Shown here: positions 25,253 to 26,327 of the stretch, piece after piece
How positions within the stretch are numbered: the stretch's first letter is position 1
How the letters are laid out: the number at the start of each line of letters is the position of its first letter
DNA from: Candidatus Hodarchaeota archaeon
GTDB lineage: Archaea; Asgardarchaeota; Heimdallarchaeia; Hodarchaeales; Hodarchaeaceae
Direction: 5' to 3'
Assembly: GCA_016839815.1 (NCBI GenBank)
Contig: JAEOTM010000080.1
Coordinates: 1-26,327, forward strand
DNA: 26,327 bases
Program-made: the position numbers and the translations under genes
Notes under the pieces: model-generated
Databases searched by the model: none
The model's input: the letters and a program-made list of their open reading frames with translations, nothing else
What the model was told of the DNA's origin: nothing

Positions 25253-26327
25253 ATGAAAATAGAAAAAATACACGCTCGTGAGATTTTTGATTCTCGCGGC
25301 AATCCTACAGTAGAAGTTGAATGTCATTTAGAAAATGGTGTAGTAACCAGAGGAATGGTACCTTCTGGTGCAAGTACTGGTATTCATGAAGCATTAGAGT
25401 TACGTGATGGCGGTACGCGTCTCATGGGTAAATCGGTATCCAATGCAGTTAGCAATGTTAATCAACTAGCTTCCCAATTAGTTGGTAGAAACCCAGAGAA
25501 CCAAATTGAAATTGATCAGTTTTTATTAGACTTGGATGGGACCAAAAATAAGTCCAAGCTAGGTGCAAACGCAATTTTAGGAGTCTCAATGGCCATAGCT
25601 AAGGCTGGTGCAATCAGTAAGAATGTACCATTATATCAACATCTCGGTGATTTACACGATAATGCTGATTTTTATCTTCCTGTTCCTAGTTTAAATGTCA
25701 TAAACGGTGGGGAACACGGTGGTAATGATATTGCATTCCAAGAGTATATGATAATGCCCGTAGATGCCCAAAATTTCAAAGAAGGCCTTTCTATCGGTGT
25801 TGAAGTATACCATAAACTAAGATCCATCATTAAAAAGAAATATGGAGTTACTGCTATTAATGTCGGAGATGAAGGTGGTTTTGCTCCTCCTCTAGATAAG
25901 GTGGAAGAACCATTAAAACTTTTAATGGCAGCAATTGATGAAGCAGGTCATACTGGCAGATTCCAGATAGCTCTTGATCCAGCGGCTTCTGAATTTTATT
26001 CTGATGGAAAATATAATGTAGATGGAGAAGCTCTTGAGGCTGAGGATTTCATGAGAGTCTATGAAGGTTTTCTTGAAAAGTATCCAATTATTTCAATTGA
26101 AGATGCCTTTGATCAAGATGATTGGAGTACTTTCCAAAAATTTACTTCTCGAAATGGTGATAAACTTCAGATTGTAGGGGATGATCTTCTAGTTACCAAT
26201 GTCGATCGGATTCAAATGGCTATTGATAAAAAAGCTTGTAATGCTCTCCTTCTAAAAGTTAATCAAATCGGTTCAATAACTGAGAGTATAAATGCAGCAA
26301 AGCTTTCTCAGGATAATAATTGGGGAA
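25253..26327 (+). CDS. eno: Enolase (3' partial, runs off the window; absent from the ORF track)
   Basis: Manual translation: MKIEKIHAREIFDSRGNPTVEV...VPSGASTGIHEALELRDG...LGANAILGVS...NVGDEGGFAP...IVGDDLLVTN...LLLKVNQIG. Confidence 0.97.
   Translation, partial: MKIEKIHAREIFDSRGNPTVEVECHLENGVVTRGMVPSGASTGIHEALELRDGGTRLMGKSVSNAVSNVNQLASQLVGRNPENQIEIDQFLLDLDGTKNKSKLGANAILGVSMAIAKAGAISKNVPLYQHLGDLHDNADFYLPVPSLNVINGGEHGGNDIAFQEYMIMPVDAQNFKEGLSIGVEVYHKLRSIIKKKYGVTAINVGDEGGFAPPLDKVEEPLKLLMAAIDEAGHTGRFQIALDPAASEFYSDGKYNVDGEALEAEDFMRVYEGFLEKYPIISIEDAFDQDDWSTFQKFTSRNGDKLQIVGDDLLVTNVDRIQMAIDKKACNALLLKVNQIGSITESINAAKLSQDNNWG

Noticed and set aside
1-26327. CRISPR arrays, tRNA/rRNA genes, IS elements, integrases or prophage genes
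   Set aside because: No regularly spaced repeats, cloverleaf-like GC-rich segments or recombinase/transposase motifs were seen; intergenic gaps are short.

Overview
AT-rich (about 35% GC by eye), gene-dense prokaryotic window with no rRNA, tRNA, CRISPR array or mobile element that I can see. A Rab-like small GTPase, a longin-like/wHTH protein, archaeal TATA-like boxes, GGTGA-type SD motifs and a very eukaryote-like enolase point to an Asgard archaeon (Heimdallarchaeia-like; inference). Contents in order: the end of a GH3 beta-glucosidase; a saccharopine/lysine dehydrogenase; a MinD/ParA ATPase coupled to a longin-wHTH gene; a VOC protein; a membrane-anchored FG-GAP protein; a four-gene split methionine synthase in which a non-pyrrolysine MttB-family methyltransferase appears to replace the folate/pterin module; nadB; an uncalled 55-aa ORF matching the RPC34/TFE-beta Fe-S domain; an ABC-2 exporter; a deoxynucleoside kinase; a fatty-acid/acyl-CoA oxidation region (thiolase, ADC-family protein, acyl-CoA dehydrogenase, EtfB, EtfA, FadF/EMO-like membrane Fe-S protein) that also holds the Rab-like GTPase and a 4-TM protein; a DAGK-family kinase; and a partial enolase. 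Main points of interest: the MttB-coupled split MetH, the standalone C34-like Fe-S microprotein, an in-frame transmembrane-coding stretch behind the Rab stop codon, the MinD + longin-wHTH module whose ATPase has no canonical start codon, and an apparently premature TAA in the dehydrogenase. All family assignments come from recognising motifs by eye; no database search was run.
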